Assembly (NCBI GenBank): GCA_044226015.1
Contig: JBGAHS010000008.1
Location: forward strand, 448,001-512,000
Source: Candidatus Obscuribacteraceae bacterium
GTDB lineage: Bacteria > Cyanobacteriota > Vampirovibrionia > Obscuribacterales > Obscuribacteraceae
Length of the DNA stretch: 64,000 nt
Direction: 5' to 3'
This document shows positions 1 through 9,327 of this stretch, piece by piece (position 1 is the first letter of the stretch; every line of letters begins with the position of its first letter). Under the pieces are notes generated by a model. It was given only the letters and a program-made list of their open reading frames with translations. It was not told the origin of the DNA and searched no databases. Made by a program: the position numbers and the translations under genes.

Positions 1-1335
1 GGGCAATCGCTCAGCAATCCAGGCGGCTCCTGCAGTTCCCCAACCAAGAGTAAGTCCATTTTTTCGCATGGATCCGACCTTGGGATTTCGATCTTTCCAT
101 CCGAATTTCTCGGCGCCCATTTTGTAGCAATCAATCAAATGCCTTGACGCAAAGGGAATGTCTAATCCTTCATCTTTCGCAGGCTCATTTACTATTCGCA
201 GTTGCACAGGGTCGATACCCAGCTTGATTGCCAGTTCATCCATAGCTGATTCGGTTGCCCACAGACCCGGCACGGCGCCTGGACCGCGCATGGATGTCGG
301 AGAACCGACATTACGCTTAGCCAAACCCGAGCTGACTATGACGTTAGGACAGCTATAAAAATACTTGGTTGCTTCACCACAATTCTCTTTGTAGTTATCT
401 AGCATTCCCATGTGATTCATATGATCGTGCATCAAAGCAGTCAATTTGCCGTCCTTAGACGCGGCAAGACGCACGCGCTGCTGAATAACTGGACGATGTC
501 CGGCGGCATGGAAAACCATTTTCCTGCTGATTACCAGCTTTACGGGGCGTCCCAAATTTCGCGATGAAGCAGCAGCGAGGGCACAGTGGGTCCACGGCCA
601 TAGCTTGCCACCAAACCCAGAGCCGAGGAACTTTGAAATCACCTTCACGTTTTCGGGCTCGACACCTAGAATCTGAGCCATTACATTTTTGTGATTGCTG
701 ATTGCCTGGGTCGTTTCGTAAAGTGTGAAATTACCACCTTCATACACTGCTAGGGAAGCATGAAGTTCAATTGCACAATGCACAAATGCAGGTGTTTCAT
801 AAATTTCATCAATCTGTATTTGCGCTGCGCTGAAAGCTGCATTCGCATCGCCTCGTTGATGGTCTACTTTCATTTTCGCATCGCGCAAATCAGTAGCAAC
901 ATTTGGCTTTCCTGGTGCATATTTTACTTTGACAGCATCGGCAGCCGCCGTTGCTTGCTCAATCGTTTCTGCCAAGGCAACTGCTACATATTGTCCATAG
1001 TAGCGAATGGTGTCATCCTCAAACGGTGGACGTAGCTCATCGGTCTTCATTCCCAAGTCTTTAGCGGGAGTGACACGAAAAAGTTTGCCAATGTTTCCTC
1101 TGTGGTAAACAGCTTTTACGCCTGGCATTTTTTCTGCAATCGAGGTATCGAGCGACTCAATCGTGCCATCGGCTATGGTGGCAAAAACCGGAACCGCATA
1201 GAGCATTCCGGGGAAATTGTAGTCGGCGGAGTACATAGCTGAACCGGTAACCTTCAGCGGACCATCAATTCTATTGGTCGGCTTGCCTATTACTTCGTTT
1301 GAATTCCACTTCGATGCTATTTCATTGTCTGGCAT
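1..1335 (-). CDS. paoC: Xanthine dehydrogenase family molybdopterin-binding subunit (PaoC/YagR-like), 3' end truncated by window edge
   Basis: Not in the ORF track. Manual translation from ATG at 1335 gives MPDNEIASKWNSNEVIGKPTNRIDGPLKVTGSAMYSADY. Later motifs GSGFGGK (~605-625) and MRGPG (~277-291) are typical of the Moco subunit. Lies directly downstream of the FAD and 2Fe-2S subunit genes. Confidence 0.93.
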   Translation of the reverse strand, partial: MPDNEIASKWNSNEVIGKPTNRIDGPLKVTGSAMYSADYNFPGMLYAVPVFATIADGTIESLDTSIAEKMPGVKAVYHRGNIGKLFRVTPAKDLGMKTDELRPPFEDDTIRYYGQYVAVALAETIEQATAAADAVKVKYAPGKPNVATDLRDAKMKVDHQRGDANAAFSAAQIQIDEIYETPAFVHCAIELHASLAVYEGGNFTLYETTQAISNHKNVMAQILGVEPENVKVISKFLGSGFGGKLWPWTHCALAAASSRNLGRPVKLVISRKMVFHAAGHRPVIQQRVRLAASKDGKLTALMHDHMNHMGMLDNYKENCGEATKYFYSCPNVIVSSGLAKRNVGSPTSMRGPGAVPGLWATESAMDELAIKLGIDPVQLRIVNEPAKDEGLDIPFASRHLIDCYKMGAEKFGWKDRNPKVGSMRKNGLTLGWGTAGAAWIAERLP

Positions 1336-1388
1336 TTCAACTTCTCTTCTTCGCTAATGTAATCGTCTCACGCTAAAACAATGTCCTG

Positions 1389-2393
1389 TTAAGCTAAAGC
1401 AATCGCCTGGTTAAGTGCATGCACTAAACATCGCTTTGCTAACTCGACCTTGAACTTGTTTTCTTTATGTGGTCGAGCATTCTTCAGCACAGCATCAGCG
1501 GCTCGTCCAAACAGGTCTGCACTGGGTGCCTGACCCTCAATCACTTTTTCTGCTTCAAAACATCTCCAGGGTTTAGCTCCGATGCCTCCCATCGCGATTC
1601 TCACTTTGCTTATTCGATTGCCACTGGACTTAACTATTACAGCCGCAGATGCCAGCGCAAACTCGTAGGAAGCGCGGTCTCGCAATTTCAGATAAAGCGA
1701 CTTAGAACCATCATCAATCTTCTTTAGTAAAACGTGGGTGATGAGGTCACCAGGCTCAAGCACATTTTCGACGTGCGGCTTGTCACCGGGTAACACGTAA
1801 AAATCATCGAAGGAAATTGTTCTCACTCCATTTTTACCCTGCACATGAATAGTGGCTTCAAGAGCAGTCATAGCTACATTCATGTCAGATGGATTAGAAG
1901 CGATGCAGGAATCACTGGTGCCAAGAATTGCAAGATTTCTGTGTTCGCCTTCAATCGCTGGGCAGCCAGAGCCAGGCTCACGCTTATTACAAGCAAACGC
2001 TGTATCACGGAAATAGATGCATCTGGTGCGCTGCAAAATGTTCCCCGCAGTCGTTGCTTTATTTCTCAACTGCGCTGAAGCACCAGAAAGAATAGCTTCA
2101 TGCAAAACAGGGTAGTGCGAACGAACATAGGGATGCATCGCAAGATCTGAATTGCGAACCATTGCACCAATCTTCAAGCCGCCATCCGGCAAGGTTTCGA
2201 TTTTGTCGAGCGGAAGCCCCGTGATGTCGATAATCTTATCGGGCGTTTCAACATTCAATTTCATCAAATCAACAAGAGTTGTTCCGCCAGCGATGAAGCG
2301 AATATCCCCGCCTTGCTGCACTGTTTTTGCCATTCCACCTTCTTGAATGGCTTTGTCAATTTCACTTTGTTTGGAATACGTAAATAACTTCAC
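1389..2393 (-). CDS. paoB: FAD-binding subunit of aldehyde oxidoreductase (PaoB/YagS-like)
   Basis: AGGTTLVDLMK, ASAQLRNKATTAGN and KLRDRASYEFAL motifs. The Cys insertion RCIYFRD..CNKR..GC..SC matches the extra 4Fe-4S site of E. coli PaoB. Confidence 0.95.
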   Translation of the reverse strand: MKLFTYSKQSEIDKAIQEGGMAKTVQQGGDIRFIAGGTTLVDLMKLNVETPDKIIDITGLPLDKIETLPDGGLKIGAMVRNSDLAMHPYVRSHYPVLHEAILSGASAQLRNKATTAGNILQRTRCIYFRDTAFACNKREPGSGCPAIEGEHRNLAILGTSDSCIASNPSDMNVAMTALEATIHVQGKNGVRTISFDDFYVLPGDKPHVENVLEPGDLITHVLLKKIDDGSKSLYLKLRDRASYEFALASAAVIVKSSGNRISKVRIAMGGIGAKPWRCFEAEKVIEGQAPSADLFGRAADAVLKNARPHKENKFKVELAKRCLVHALNQAIALA

Positions 2394-2420
2394 TTTGATG
2401 TCTCTCTAAACACTAAGCAA

Positions 2421-3062
2421 TTACACTAGAGTTCTTTTCGCTTGCTTGATGGCAGCCAAAATGTTCTGATAGGCTCCACAACGACAGATGTTGCCGCTCA
2501 TGCATTCTCGAATTCCATTATCGTCATCGGGGCAACCTTCTTTCAGAAGCGCTGTTGCCGACATGATCTGCCCCGAAGTGCAGTAGCCGCATTGGTAAGC
2601 ATCACAATCAACAAATGCCGATTGCATCGGGTGCATTTTTTCTGGCGTTCCCAGACCTTCGATCGTGGTCACTTCAGCACCGTCACACATCACAGCAAGA
2701 GTCAGACAGGAGTTGACTCTCCGTCCATTCAGATGTACTGTGCAAGCGCCGCACTGACCATGATCGCACCCTTTCTTGGTGCCGGTGATTTTCAAGTTCT
2801 CTCTCAGGCAATCAAGAAGCGTTGTTCGTGGATCTAATTTCAGGTTTCGCTTCTTGCCATTCACTGTCATAGCAATCGCAACAGCGCCTGGAACGGAACC
2901 TGCACCCTCACCCGTTTTCGCTTCATCTTGAGCAGCAACAGCTGCATGTTTCCCACTAACGGCAGCAGCTCCAGCAATACCGAGATGCGCCAGGAAATTA
3001 CGTCGCGAAGTCTGCAATTGCTTCGGTTTTTCGGTTTCATCTTCCGAATTATTTTTCGACAC
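2421..3062 (-). CDS. paoA: 2x[2Fe-2S] subunit with twin-arginine signal (PaoA/YagT-like)
   Basis: GCDHGQCGACTV, QCGYCTSGQ and CRCGAY iron-sulfur motifs. N-terminal SRRNFL followed by a hydrophobic Ala-rich stretch is a Tat signal. Confidence 0.96.
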   Translation of the reverse strand: MSKNNSEDETEKPKQLQTSRRNFLAHLGIAGAAAVSGKHAAVAAQDEAKTGEGAGSVPGAVAIAMTVNGKKRNLKLDPRTTLLDCLRENLKITGTKKGCDHGQCGACTVHLNGRRVNSCLTLAVMCDGAEVTTIEGLGTPEKMHPMQSAFVDCDAYQCGYCTSGQIMSATALLKEGCPDDDNGIRECMSGNICRCGAYQNILAAIKQAKRTLV

Positions 3063-3291
3063 TTCTGCCTCCGCTTGAGAAAAAACTCAGACTAGCATCT
3101 CTGAATATGCTCGTCTACGGATGATAATCACGTCCGCCAAATTTAATAGACCGCCCGCCACTTGAAAAGCAACCAACTCGCTTGAATTGAGCAAACTCAT
3201 TTAACTGAGGCGCAATGTTGAGTATCATGGAATTGTGTTTTAGAGACTTCAACCAATCTCGATTGTTAAGCGCAAAATGTGGTGATTTCTT

Positions 3292-5913
3292 ATGACAGTA
3301 TCAAAGCAAATACTATTGGTACAACTGGCAGTGCTCAGCATTTGCACAACAATCAAGTTTGCAGCCGCTCAAAGCTCAGCAGAGCAAAGCGACTTCAGCT
3401 CGGAGAAGCAACTAAAAACAGAGATTTCAAAACTCCAGAAGAAGGAAACCAGGAAAGATTCACTTTTCAGATTGATTAATTTCGCAGCGACAGAACTCTT
3501 TCCATCGGGAAGCGTTTTCTATCTAAGTGACCATGAAGACTGGGTCAAAATGGCGGCGGCAGCAGTGAACAAGCTAGCCAAAAACGATGAAGCTTTGACC
3601 TTGTGCCTTGAAGAAGGTGACCACACATCGAAATTATGGGCAATAAGAAACGTTGCGGGAAATCCGAAATTCATAAAGGCGCTGGAGAGCATAGCGGAAT
3701 TTGACACAGACTCCTCGGTTCGAAAACAGGCTTTAAAAGCATTGCCAAAAGCTGATTCAGCACGATTAACGACTCGGCTGAAGAAAACGCCTCCCAAGGA
3801 CCCTTATGTTCTGGAATCGCTCTTTGAAGACGAAGCCTCATTCAATACTCAACTCGCAGCAGTTCTGCAATCAGCAAATGGCGAGTCAAGAATACAGATA
3901 CTAAATTTTATAGGCTCAGATGGACTCCTGGGGCTTAATCCAACCCCGAAACATGCATTCTCTTCTGAAGTATTCAATGCGGTTATAAGATCTTGCAAAG
4001 CTGAAAACATTAAAGAAAGGGCTGCCGCAGCCTATGCTCTCGACAGACTGAAAAAATTCGACCCTGCTGAGAGCAAAAAAGTCTTTCTGGAACTGTCACG
4101 TGATAGTGAGCCTGATGTCCGATGGAGAGCAGCCAAAGCACTTTCAAATCAACGTGGTGACAAAGCAGTTGACGAAATGTTTGGTCGATTGCAGCAGGAC
4201 GAGTCTTCGCTCGTCAGAAGCATGACAACGAACTTTGCCACCGAGAATAAACAAACGCCAGAAGAGTTGGCAAAAAGCAGCAACGAAATAGAAAAGTTGG
4301 ATAAAGACAATCCGGCTAAAGACGCGCCAAATGACGGCACGCCAGATAAAGACATTCAAACAAAAACCAGCGATAAGCCAACACAAGTTGTGCCTGTCAA
4401 TTCCGCAGCAGCAGCAGCGTGGATCGGACGTAAGGATGTGCCTGCACAGTTCTTGTTGCCCGACCCACCGAGACCAAATGCAAGCAAACGATCAACTGTT
4501 GAACAAACACAAGAATTCATTTCGTTTATCAACAAATACATCGACGAAATCAAAGCAGAGCAGCCCGACAAATCCTATGAACTAAAGCGCTCGCTAGAGG
4601 CTCGAATGGCTTCAGCCTCCGAGGAATCCCATTTTGCAGAAATCAGGAAACTAATAAACCAAACAAAAGGAAATGAGAATACACCCGATCTTTACGTGGT
4701 CAATGTGGTATCGGAAGACTGGCCGCGCACAGACAACGTCTACACGCGCAGCGTGCACCTGACCAAGACAGGCGCGCCAGTGGTTCTTGCTTTGATGGCC
4801 GGAGACCAGGAGGGAACTCAATGGACTTTGACCGTCGACGAGGGTGTTGAACTCAAGAAAATTATTCTTAGCGGCAATGGTGTAAGAAACAGCACTGTTG
4901 CAGGCAATTTTCCGAAGTCCATTCCCGTTCTAAGCAAAGAGAATGACGATTCCACTTTCACTGTTTGGGTTCCTGATGAGCAAAATTTTGAGTTAACGAA
5001 CAGGCGCGAGGCATTCTTCAGTTCGCACTTCGGACTGAGCCCTACCACGATTCAAAATAGAAAGGACAAGGGGCATCAGCCACGCGCAACTATTGTTGTT
5101 GGAAACAGTGAAAGCGATTGGTGCGAGTCTCTGACCAAAGAGCTGCTCAAGCCATTGTATCTCGAGGCGAAAGATTACGAGAATAACAAGTTTGCATCAT
5201 CATTTGAGTATGAGTTTCCCATGCTAATCGCTACTCCCGTGCATGAAACTTGGAATTCAAGCCTTGCCTTCAACACGGGCTGGTGCACACACCTGAAGGG
5301 AACACTAAAAACTCCCATTAACAAAATCAGCCCACTTCATGCTTTTGAGTATGCAGGGTTAACATACGATCCAAATTCGGAAACGTATTTTTTTGCCACA
5401 CGAAAACAGGCATATATTATTGATGCAACAGGTGATTGCACCCCTATATTTAGCGATGAACAAGCGAAGGAATTCGAAAAGGACACACTCCGAGGAATTG
5501 TGGTTGATACCAGACGAAATCGATTGCTGCTCTCCTCTGGCAAGAAAACATTTGCTTATGACCTTTCACTAAAAAAACTCACGGAGCTAAATTTCAACCG
5601 ATACTCATCAAATCTGGCTTGTTATGATGCCAATGACGACATACTTTATGCACGAGACGGCAACGTTGTTTTCAGAATCAATCCGGAAGATGGCTCGCTG
5701 CTATCTCAGGGTTATTTGCCCATCTCTAGCAATGAAATTCTTAAAGAGATGCATTCCGACGGCAACAATTTCGTTTTTACATCTTCAGGATTTGCCACTG
5801 CTGGCGGTGCCAAGCAAATCGCCACCGTCATTGACAAAAGAGATGGCAGCATAATGTATCAGAGCGACTGTGTCTTCACCCCAATCAAAACAGATCAGAA
5901 CACGGTCAAATGA
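3292..5913 (+). CDS. Exported multidomain protein: HEAT-like repeats, uncharacterised middle domain, propeller-like C-terminus
   Basis: 873 aa ORF with a Sec-type signal (..FAAA-Q). HEAT-like units DSSVRKQALKAL, KERAAAAYAL, DSEPDVRWRAAKAL and DESSLVR. C-terminal blades GLTYDPNS, GIVVDTRRNRL and LACYDANDDILY. Confidence 0.8.
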   Translation: MTVSKQILLVQLAVLSICTTIKFAAAQSSAEQSDFSSEKQLKTEISKLQKKETRKDSLFRLINFAATELFPSGSVFYLSDHEDWVKMAAAAVNKLAKNDEALTLCLEEGDHTSKLWAIRNVAGNPKFIKALESIAEFDTDSSVRKQALKALPKADSARLTTRLKKTPPKDPYVLESLFEDEASFNTQLAAVLQSANGESRIQILNFIGSDGLLGLNPTPKHAFSSEVFNAVIRSCKAENIKERAAAAYALDRLKKFDPAESKKVFLELSRDSEPDVRWRAAKALSNQRGDKAVDEMFGRLQQDESSLVRSMTTNFATENKQTPEELAKSSNEIEKLDKDNPAKDAPNDGTPDKDIQTKTSDKPTQVVPVNSAAAAAWIGRKDVPAQFLLPDPPRPNASKRSTVEQTQEFISFINKYIDEIKAEQPDKSYELKRSLEARMASASEESHFAEIRKLINQTKGNENTPDLYVVNVVSEDWPRTDNVYTRSVHLTKTGAPVVLALMAGDQEGTQWTLTVDEGVELKKIILSGNGVRNSTVAGNFPKSIPVLSKENDDSTFTVWVPDEQNFELTNRREAFFSSHFGLSPTTIQNRKDKGHQPRATIVVGNSESDWCESLTKELLKPLYLEAKDYENNKFASSFEYEFPMLIATPVHETWNSSLAFNTGWCTHLKGTLKTPINKISPLHAFEYAGLTYDPNSETYFFATRKQAYIIDATGDCTPIFSDEQAKEFEKDTLRGIVVDTRRNRLLLSSGKKTFAYDLSLKKLTELNFNRYSSNLACYDANDDILYARDGNVVFRINPEDGSLLSQGYLPISSNEILKEMHSDGNNFVFTSSGFATAGGAKQIATVIDKRDGSIMYQSDCVFTPIKTDQNTVK

Positions 5914-6062
5914 CAACCACCCACCTAACCTCTCAAACAACCGCAAGACATACCTATATATAGGAACAGGAAAATAGTTCAACTTTTTAATCTTTTGGAT
6001 TGAACTTTTTGACCCCGAATTACGTTTTAAAAGTATCAACCCCTTCCAAAGGATTTATGACA

Positions 6063-6407
6063 ATGAAGTCAGTTATGTCGCTAGCACTAGTCGGAACCAT
6101 TCTTTCAGCATCCGCCATGATTATGTTTGCAGACTCTGCATCCGCAAAGCCTTGGTCACGCAGGGTTAATGCAAGACAGTGCAAACAACAAGACAGAATC
6201 GGCACCGGTGTAAGCAATGGCTCGCTAACTGCCAGAGAAAGCGCAAGAATCGAGCGTCAGCAGGCAGCGCTTTCGAAGCAGGAAGAGCGTATGCGTGATT
6301 CCGGCAACGGACTGAGCGCCCGCGAACACCGCAGACTAAAGAAAGAACAGAATCAACTAAGTCACAATATCTATAGACAAAAGCACGACTCACAAGAAAT
6401 GCACTAA
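6063..6407 (+). CDS. Small secreted helical protein (RQxxQQxRIxxGxxxGxLTxxE type)
   Basis: ORF track starts at 6000, but ATG 6063 follows an AAGGA ribosome-binding site. Signal peptide ends ..SASA-K. Repeated motifs NGSLTARESARI and GNGLSAREHRRL are common in small exported proteins of unknown function. Confidence 0.75.
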   Translation: MKSVMSLALVGTILSASAMIMFADSASAKPWSRRVNARQCKQQDRIGTGVSNGSLTARESARIERQQAALSKQEERMRDSGNGLSAREHRRLKKEQNQLSHNIYRQKHDSQEMH

Positions 6408-6435
6408 ATCTTTTCACGGTCAAACAGAAGTGCGA

Positions 6436-6467
6436 CAGGGAGGGGCGCTGCAAAGCGGTCCTCCCTG
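6436..6467 (+). other. GC-rich hairpin with GCAA tetraloop downstream of the small secreted protein gene
   Basis: CAGGGAGG..CGCT-GCAA-AGCG..CCTCCCTG. There is no U-tract, so it may be a stabilising or processing hairpin rather than a canonical terminator. Confidence 0.5.
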
Positions 6468-6816
6468 CCTCTACAACAAGGATTGCAGCGACTGTTGGAC
6501 AGAACACGAAAGAAAGGCAACTCAAGCACGCAGCTATGAAAGTAACTCCCCAAACTCAAAGAAATGCAATAGCCTCAATCAAAATTACAGCAACACCACA
6601 TGCGATATCACTATTCAACAAAGACTGATTCTGATAGGGCAAAATACTCAGGTCCTTACCAGGAATTTAGATGGTTTATGTCATCAAAACGTTCCCTGGC
6701 TCTGTAAGATGCTACGAAGCTGCAGTCTACAAAATGGACTTCTCCGGAAGAAATCTTTCGCGAAAATTTCAATTATGTCGAAAGTGGACAAGTGATTTAT
6801 CATTAGAAAGGAACTT

Positions 6817-6996
6817 TGGCATGCTGGTACTCCTTCACCAGCATGCCAGCACAGTATGCCGTTGCATTTATGGAGCGGCGACATGTTCCTGGTCGTCGCC
6901 ACCTTTTGCGCTCGAGTAGAGGAAGGTTCATTTCCTCACGCAAGATTTTGCAAACCACTCAAACGCAATCATGCCGCAAAAGGGGCACGACCTTTT
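6817..6996. ncRNA. Candidate structured RNA or inverted-repeat element (unassigned)
   Basis: Perfect 12-bp stem 6817-6828/6837-6848. Long imperfect inverted repeat 6891-6910/6975-6992 encloses further hairpins. No match to a family I can recognise. Confidence 0.35.
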
Positions 6997-7004
6997 ATCA
7001 AGCT

Positions 7005-7340
7005 CTATTCTTCCTCTTCTTCATCATCGTCGTCGTCATCAAGCAGATCCAAATTTTCGACAAGGCGATCATAAATGTCAAAAGCATGTTGCGGGACGGC
7101 TTTGTCACCAAATACCGACTGAGCCATGGTCCAGCAGAGATCGAGGGAGTTATTCATGAACAAGACCGATTCATTCAGCTCTTCATAACTGAAATTAGCC
7201 ATAATCGGGTCTGCTTCATTATTCATTAGCGCTTTGAGACGCTCTAGCTTCGCTTCAATTCCACCGCTCATACCATTCTCCTCAAACTCTGGTTCAATTG
7301 TACTGCGGAGCTGCAAACTGGCTGCCGACATTGACAACAT
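7005..7340 (-). CDS. Hypothetical protein with acidic C-terminal tail
   Basis: 111 aa ORF with protein-like helical composition ending in LLDDDDDDEEEEE. Divergent from the next gene. Start uncertain. Confidence 0.65.
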   Translation of the reverse strand: MLSMSAASLQLRSTIEPEFEENGMSGGIEAKLERLKALMNNEADPIMANFSYEELNESVLFMNNSLDLCWTMAQSVFGDKAVPQHAFDIYDRLVENLDLLDDDDDDEEEEE

Positions 7341-7471
7341 CCAACCGTATCTTTATCGATGTTTCATCTATTGACCCAGAATTGCCCCAAAGCTGACCCG
7401 ATAGAAACCCAGCAGTCGAATACGCTAATCACATGCAGAAAGAGGTCTGCCAAAGAGGAGAGATGTGAGTC

Positions 7472-9247
7472 ATGAGCGATCCATTTAGCAACTGGGCAAA
7501 CAAAGGTTGGGAGAGAGTTCGAGAAGTCGGACACAAAGTTCAGTCCCAATTTCATTTAACGCCAGAAGATCACCATACTCAACAACAGCACCACGAACAC
7601 CAGTTAAAAGTTGACCGCGTAGAACTTAGCAAAGAAGGCAAACTTCCGCAGGCTAAAGTAAGCAACAGTCATCTTGAGTTCGTAGCAAATTTCAACAACG
7701 AGCATTCAAAAGGTGATTCACCAAGAAAAACTAGTTCCGGCAGAAAGTCCTCCAGTGGATCGGAACGCAGGGATTCAGGCAAGCAGGAACAAAGAAACCA
7801 CCAGGAACAAAGTAATCACACAGAACAAAGAAAAGCTCATCAAGCAACAAACGAAGCTACTAATCAGAGTCGCCCTCAGCCAGCTGAACACGAAGTTGCA
7901 GGCAGCAAGAAAGGACAGACAACTGTCGAAGCTAAGAATCTGGGTAAGAGCATTCCCGAAGAAACACGCAGAGCATGGGATGAAGCCATCCTTGCCTACC
8001 AAGAAAAATATAGTTCGGCACACAGTGTAGACAACTCAAAAGTAATACCAAGCACAGGCAGCAACTCAAGAACTCATGGATACGTGGAACTAAAAAACAC
8101 CCCAGAGCATGTTAAAAACGCCGGTAAGATGCCTGGTGCAAATACTCATGGAAGCGAACACGTCGAGCTGCGAAATCTCCCAGAACATCTGAAACGTGGC
8201 AAGTCTCAAGCAACTGACCACCGTGCAACAACAAAAGGATTGGGCGAGCAAGCCAAGTCCACCGCAGCTAGCAAAAGTGAGTTGCACAACTCAACAAGCC
8301 ATCAATCAGAATCTCCACGTCATATTGAGTCCAAAGAAACGAAATCAAGCAAAACGAACACCCAAATAACAGGTGATAAAGGACCTTTAAGCGAAACCAA
8401 ACAATCTGCGCACAACTCAGAACGAGGACCGAAAGAAACGAACAAGGGTACGGCCGCAGAAGGTCCTCACTCCGCAAAAAATCCTGGCGTTTCCGCAGAA
8501 GTGCCAAAAGATTCTCCATTAACACCACGTGTCATTGGAGGACGAATTGCATTTGGCGGGCTAAGCGTCATGGGCATTGTGGGCGGAGCCTACGAAATCA
8601 AAGATGGAATTCAACAACTCAAAAGCGGCAAGCATTTGGAAGGAACACTTAATACCACAGCTGGTGTCAGCGACATCACAAGTGGAACAGCATCGTTGCT
8701 CTACACTTTTGGCAAAGAACACCTCGGAAACTTCGCAGCTAAGGTTGGCGGCATAGGCTCGATCACTAGCGGGCTGGCAGAGGGCATCGACGGGTTCAAA
8801 AATAAAGACGACGAGAAGAAGTTTGAAGGTTCCCTAAAAGTTACTCTTGGTGCCGGAATGCTCTTCAGCAGCACCGCTGCAATATCTACGTCAGCGGCTC
8901 TCGGATGGGGCGTAGGTCGCTTCGCTGGAAGGAATGTTGGATGGGGCGGAGAGAACGTCGACACAAAGGTAACCAGACTAGCCGATGGGTTGATTAATAG
9001 CAAAGTAAACGCTGAACTCGCAGCCATTCAACACAAAGAAAGCGAACTGTCTGGCAAAGCCCTCGAATTGATGGGACAAGATGCTCAAGCTCTTAACGCA
9101 AAAGGCATTAGTAAGAAGGAAGCCACAGAAGCCATAATCGGGCTTCGCTCTATGCTAGAACAAGAGCGAAACGCAGGTCGCGATACGCAAGAACTTCAAG
9201 CCAACTTGAAAATGATGCTTGAGGTGCGTGCGCAGCTGAAGAGCTAG
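7472..9247 (+). CDS. Hypothetical protein with disordered N-terminal half and Gly-rich hydrophobic helices
   Basis: 591 aa ORF preceded by GAGGAG. N-half is rich in S/E/K/H/Q. C-half has hydrophobic segments (IAFGGLSVMGIVGGAY, VTLGAGMLFSSTAAISTSAALGWGVG) and a coiled-coil end. Confidence 0.8.
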   Translation: MSDPFSNWANKGWERVREVGHKVQSQFHLTPEDHHTQQQHHEHQLKVDRVELSKEGKLPQAKVSNSHLEFVANFNNEHSKGDSPRKTSSGRKSSSGSERRDSGKQEQRNHQEQSNHTEQRKAHQATNEATNQSRPQPAEHEVAGSKKGQTTVEAKNLGKSIPEETRRAWDEAILAYQEKYSSAHSVDNSKVIPSTGSNSRTHGYVELKNTPEHVKNAGKMPGANTHGSEHVELRNLPEHLKRGKSQATDHRATTKGLGEQAKSTAASKSELHNSTSHQSESPRHIESKETKSSKTNTQITGDKGPLSETKQSAHNSERGPKETNKGTAAEGPHSAKNPGVSAEVPKDSPLTPRVIGGRIAFGGLSVMGIVGGAYEIKDGIQQLKSGKHLEGTLNTTAGVSDITSGTASLLYTFGKEHLGNFAAKVGGIGSITSGLAEGIDGFKNKDDEKKFEGSLKVTLGAGMLFSSTAAISTSAALGWGVGRFAGRNVGWGGENVDTKVTRLADGLINSKVNAELAAIQHKESELSGKALELMGQDAQALNAKGISKKEATEAIIGLRSMLEQERNAGRDTQELQANLKMMLEVRAQLKS

Positions 9248-9327
9248 TCGCCATCGCTCCTGCTCATTCCGTTCTTAGTCTCGTAGAATTACACGACTAC
9301 TCCAAGCATAGTAAACTAAGACCTGGC

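Noticed and set aside
6817..6996. 6S, SRP RNA, hammerhead or c-di-GMP riboswitch identity for the structured element
   Set aside because: The conserved sequence motifs of these families were not found by eye, so it is left unassigned.
6430..7229. Short ORFs in the 6.4-7.0 kb gap (121, 82, 72, 137 aa and a 42 aa minus-strand ORF)
   Set aside because: Mutually overlapping, lacking good ribosome-binding sites or recognisable motifs; some are antisense to the 111 aa gene.
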